Part shown: positions 60,814-64,000 of the stretch, in pieces
How the letters are laid out: every line of letters starts with the position of its first letter
Position numbering within the stretch: the first letter of the stretch is position 1
Assembly: GCA_023435705.1 (NCBI GenBank)
Contig: JAEYRH010000005.1
Coordinates: 110,114 to 174,113 of the forward strand
Direction of reading: 5' to 3'
Length of the DNA stretch: 64,000 nt
From: Bacillota bacterium
GTDB taxonomy: Bacteria; Bacillota; Clostridia; Christensenellales; UMGS416
Position numbers and translations under genes: made by a program
The notes under the pieces: generated by a model
Told to the model about the DNA's origin: nothing
The model's input: only the letters and a program-made list of their open reading frames with translations
The model's database searches: none

Positions 60814-62079
60814 CTTGCACACCTCCTCCCTCGCCTTCTCAACCTCACCATCGCTTGGTTCCTCCTCCCCATACCGGGCAAGGTTGTAGGCATGGGCCAG
60901 GGCCGGCACTGGCCGGGCAATGTCGGAGGCAGTGGCGGAGGGGCGCGGAACGTGGCCGGAGGCGCAAAGCCCCCGCACGTATTCACGAAATAAAAAGCGG
61001 GCGCGGGCGGCGTTGGTAGTGAAGTCGTCGATGCGCTCCCGGCGCCGGAAGCGGCGAACCAACTTGCGCAAGCCTTTTCCAGCATTGGAAAAAGCCTGAC
61101 GGAGCGTCATCAGTCGCTCGCTGCTGTCGCGGAAATCATCGCTGTCATGCCAGCTGCCGAATATCGCGTTTAAGCGTTCTCGAAGCTTAAGCCAGAGCTT
61201 TGGGAAGAGTTTGTAAATGCCATAAAGCATCGCAGCTGCAATACAAACCAGCATCAGCACCATCACAATGTCACCGATCAGCTGCATCAGTGGTGACGCC
61301 TCACCGCCCATGGGCAGTGGCTGCTGCTGGTCACCGCCCTGCGGGGTTTGGCCGCCTGTAGTGGATGGAGAAAGCAACGAAGACAGCCAGTAGAACGCGG
61401 CTACTGCCCAGGCAACGAGTTTTTTGAACCCGTCGGCGATGAAGCCCATGATCGCGCTCGCGTTTGCAAAAAGAAACGTGGCTGCCACAAACAAAACCGC
61501 CCCAATTGTGCCGTTGCGGCGCACCGCCGCAGGAACGCCGGAGCCAGTGTTTGCTCTGGCTGCCTGCCGCACACCATTGCGGTTCAGCGCCACCATCGCC
61601 ACTGCAAACCAGACCGACGCAGGGATGATCACTAACGGCCAGACCGTGCCGGCGTCAGCCCTCTCCCGGATGGTGAGGTAAAGTATGGCAGCGGAGCAAA
61701 GCCACCCGGCAAGAGGCGCCAGCAACGCCCCAGCGCTGAGCGACGCCTCGCGGGTGGTGATATAAAGGCGCTCGGCCCACACAGCCAGCAAGACACCGAT
61801 GGCGACCAACGAATACAGATATACAGGCTCGACCATGGCGATCCGACCAGCAAGCCATGCCAGCGCCGCCCCCGGGGCTGCGGAAAGCAGGATCTGCAGC
61901 AACGGATGCCGTTTGCCGAGCAGCATGCCCACAGCAATGCCAATGATCGCGAAGGCAAGCCCGCAGAACAGCACAAGGCGGGCCAGTGCAAGGCCGGCCA
62001 ATATGCAAGCCACGGCAAACAACAGCGCGAGGGCTGTCAGAGCAGCGGCAAGGCTTCGGATAACCCTTTCCTCACGCAT
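60811..62079 (-). CDS. multi-pass membrane protein with C-terminal DUF4129-like domain
   Basis: 422 aa with about 8 TM segments. Cytoplasmic tail ARARFLFREYVRGLCASGHVPRPSATASDIAR...AYNLARYGEE. Third gene of the MoxR-DUF58 operon. Confidence 0.65.
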   Translation of the reverse strand: MREERVIRSLAAALTALALLFAVACILAGLALARLVLFCGLAFAIIGIAVGMLLGKRHPLLQILLSAAPGAALAWLAGRIAMVEPVYLYSLVAIGVLLAVWAERLYITTREASLSAGALLAPLAGWLCSAAILYLTIRERADAGTVWPLVIIPASVWFAVAMVALNRNGVRQAARANTGSGVPAAVRRNGTIGAVLFVAATFLFANASAIMGFIADGFKKLVAWAVAAFYWLSSLLSPSTTGGQTPQGGDQQQPLPMGGEASPLMQLIGDIVMVLMLVCIAAAMLYGIYKLFPKLWLKLRERLNAIFGSWHDSDDFRDSSERLMTLRQAFSNAGKGLRKLVRRFRRRERIDDFTTNAARARFLFREYVRGLCASGHVPRPSATASDIARPVPALAHAYNLARYGEEEPSDGEVEKAREEVCK

Positions 62080-63163
62080 CGGCCTGCCCTCCCGAAGGAT
62101 TGATCCAGGTCACCGAGTTTTCCATGCGCCGGAGTCGGCCTGCCCGTTCCTCCAGGTTGGGGCTCCAGTAGTGGGAGAGAACCAGCACATCCATGCCGGT
62201 GATGCCACGGCTCAGCACCTCGTCGTCCAGCCACTGATGGAAGCTGCGGCGGCGCACGATCTTCACCCGGGCCATCGCCTCCAGCATCTGCATGAGATGC
62301 CCCTGGCCGCCGCCCACCGGCACCTCCACTGGCTCATCGGCCATCGCGGCCCACCGGCCATTGCATAAAAAGCCGGTCTCCACACCGTTCTTCGTCGCCC
62401 ATTCGGCATAAGTCGCGGCAAGGGAAAGGCTCTGCTCGATCTGGAGTGACTCCTCCTCATTAAGCTCCCCCCACTGGGTCTCGGTGAGCTGCATGTTCAC
62501 AACCAGCAGCAGGCGGGGGTTGGCAGTGAAGTCGCGGGTTTTCACCTTCAGCGCGCCGGTGCGGGCCGTGGCTGCCCAGTGCACATCCCGCAATGTGTCG
62601 CCACGGAGAAATGGCCGGATGCCATTCACCAGAAAAGGATCGGGTTCGATATGGCGGCGCACCACCACGTCGCCCTGCCACCGGCGGGACGGCACGTCGA
62701 GCGCGTTGAAATCCAGGATGCGGGGGTATACCACGAGCTCCATGGGGTTGGCAACCGTCACTGAGCTCCCGCTGACCCCAAACAGGTCTCCGGTGGAAAG
62801 CGCCACAGTGTCCACCGTATAGCAGCCGCGGCGCACGCAGATCACCGCGTGTATGCGGGTGATCTTGCGCCACGGACCCAACGTGAACATGCTGCGGTGA
62901 TAGCTGTCATCAGCCAGGGCCAGGTTTTCCTGGCTCTTGAACCGAAGGTGCCGCGACATGCGGGCCTCCACCTTGAGCCACGGCACCGGCAGCAGCTTGG
63001 CGTTGGCAATCTCCTCTACCAACTCCACCTTCTGACCCTCATACACAACCGATGCAGTGAAATAACGGCGGTAGGAAACCGCTCTCATGCCAAACAACCG
63101 GAACACTGCCGCCTGCAGTACGGCCAGGATAAGGGCCGACGCCAGCAGCCCGAAGATGTTCAT
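62072..63163 (-). CDS. DUF58-domain protein
   Basis: 363 aa from the ATG at 63163 (ATGA overlap with the moxR stop). N-terminal TM and [16 protein letters not shown] motif. Confidence 0.75.
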   Translation of the reverse strand: MNIFGLLASALILAVLQAAVFRLFGMRAVSYRRYFTASVVYEGQKVELVEEIANAKLLPVPWLKVEARMSRHLRFKSQENLALADDSYHRSMFTLGPWRKITRIHAVICVRRGCYTVDTVALSTGDLFGVSGSSVTVANPMELVVYPRILDFNALDVPSRRWQGDVVVRRHIEPDPFLVNGIRPFLRGDTLRDVHWAATARTGALKVKTRDFTANPRLLLVVNMQLTETQWGELNEEESLQIEQSLSLAATYAEWATKNGVETGFLCNGRWAAMADEPVEVPVGGGQGHLMQMLEAMARVKIVRRRSFHQWLDDEVLSRGITGMDVLVLSHYWSPNLEERAGRLRRMENSVTWINPSGGQADA

Positions 63164-64000
63164 TGGTCTTCCTCCGCTGCCTCTGTGGGCACAGGCACCT
63201 GCAAAAGCACCTTTTCCACCACTTCCTCCGAGGCGCGGCCTGCCCCGCCGAAGCTGCTGCGGCAAATGATGCGGTGGCTCAACACGGCGCGGGCGACTGC
63301 TTTCACATCATCCGGCTGCACGAAATGGCGGCCGGAAATGGCAGCCCATGCCTGCGCGGCGCGCATCAGCGCCAGGCTGCCGCGGGGGCTCACACCCAGG
63401 ATCACGGCCTCGGCCACGCGGGTGAGCTCCACGATCTGCACAATGTAACGCTGCACATCGGCAGCCACCTTCACCTGGGTTACGGCCTTCTGCGCCGTGA
63501 GGATATCCTGGGTAGACGCCACAGGCGCCAACGTATCCAATGGATTGTCGGAAATAAAGCGGTTGAGCACGGCCATGCCCTCCTCGGTGGAGGGGTAGCC
63601 CATTTTGGTTTTGATGAAAAAACGGTCCAACTGGGCTTCCGGCAGCGGGAAGGTACCCTGTGTCTCAATGGGGTTCTGCGTGGCGATCACAAGGAAGGGA
63701 AGCTCCAGGGGATAAGTCTGGCCATCCACGGTGACTTGCCGCTCCTCCATGCTTTCCAGCAATGCCGACTGGCTGCGGGGCGTGGCGCGGTTGATCTCAT
63801 CGGCAAGCACGATGTTGGCAAACACCGGCCCTGGCTGGAAGCGGAACTCCACAGCCTTCTGGTCAAAGATGCTCATGCCGGTGATGTCGCTGGGCAGCAG
63901 GTCCGGTGTGAACTGGATGCGCTTGAAGGAAAGGCTCAGAGACTTGGCCATGGCCTTGGCAAGCATCGTCTTGCCGGTGCCGGGCACATCCTCCAGCAGC
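63160..64000 (-). CDS. MoxR-family AAA+ ATPase (5' end outside window)
   Basis: The frame is open to the window edge. Walker [29 protein letters not shown], Walker [10 protein letters not shown]. Confidence 0.88.
   Translation of the reverse strand, partial: LLEDVPGTGKTMLAKAMAKSLSLSFKRIQFTPDLLPSDITGMSIFDQKAVEFRFQPGPVFANIVLADEINRATPRSQSALLESMEERQVTVDGQTYPLELPFLVIATQNPIETQGTFPLPEAQLDRFFIKTKMGYPSTEEGMAVLNRFISDNPLDTLAPVASTQDILTAQKAVTQVKVAADVQRYIVQIVELTRVAEAVILGVSPRGSLALMRAAQAWAAISGRHFVQPDDVKAVARAVLSHRIICRSSFGGAGRASEEVVEKVLLQVPVPTEAAEEDQ

Noticed and set aside
1-64000. CRISPR arrays, IS/transposase genes, rRNA genes, toxin-antitoxin pairs
   Set aside because: I saw no regularly spaced direct repeats, no DDE/serine transposase-like ORFs and no rRNA-like sequence. 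The only recombinase is the island integrase.

Overview
GC-rich Firmicutes/Clostridia-type chromosomal segment, judged from the 8-tRNA array, the murB-PHP-rapZ block, a CIRCE operator and AGGAGG-type RBSs. I count about 60 protein genes and 9 tRNAs, and found no rRNA, CRISPR array or transposase. All calls come from reading the sequence and ORF track against remembered family motifs; no searches were run. Main points: (1) 4.2-10.0 kb is a soft-metal/metalloid island. An hgcA-hgcB mercury-methylation pair lies directly behind arsR-acr3-arsC on the same strand, separated by a ~190-nt structured leader plus a terminator-like hairpin. Next to it, a second ArsR-family regulator precedes an ArsP-like permease with a Cys-rich loop, followed by three unannotated Cys-rich micro-ORFs, two of which end in -CC. 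Vicinal-Cys/CxC motifs recur in seven neighbouring products, including an unusual N-terminal extension of HgcA. (2) 13.37-22.65 kb is an AT-rich ~9.3-kb island integrated into tRNA-Arg(ACG). It has perfect 54-bp direct repeats, a tyrosine integrase, Xis-like and XRE genes, and a complete Type I R-M system (hsdMSR). (3) The island's arm-type 8-mer AGTAGYCA recurs as tandem heptamers (TAGYCAG)n. These start exactly at the TAG stop codons of three unrelated chromosomal genes and place stops in successive frames. (4) Two giant secreted proteins (a beta-propeller protein and a BspA-type LRR protein) share a ~1-kb C-terminal cassette of one Flg_new repeat plus three FN3 domains. (5) DapB is fused to aspartokinase-type ACT domains in a dapBA / lrp-lysE locus without a recognisable L-box. 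(6) Smaller items: a perfect CIRCE in front of htpG, a frameshifted alpha/beta-hydrolase with a leaderless-type promoter, and a frame-broken 0.6-kb segment.
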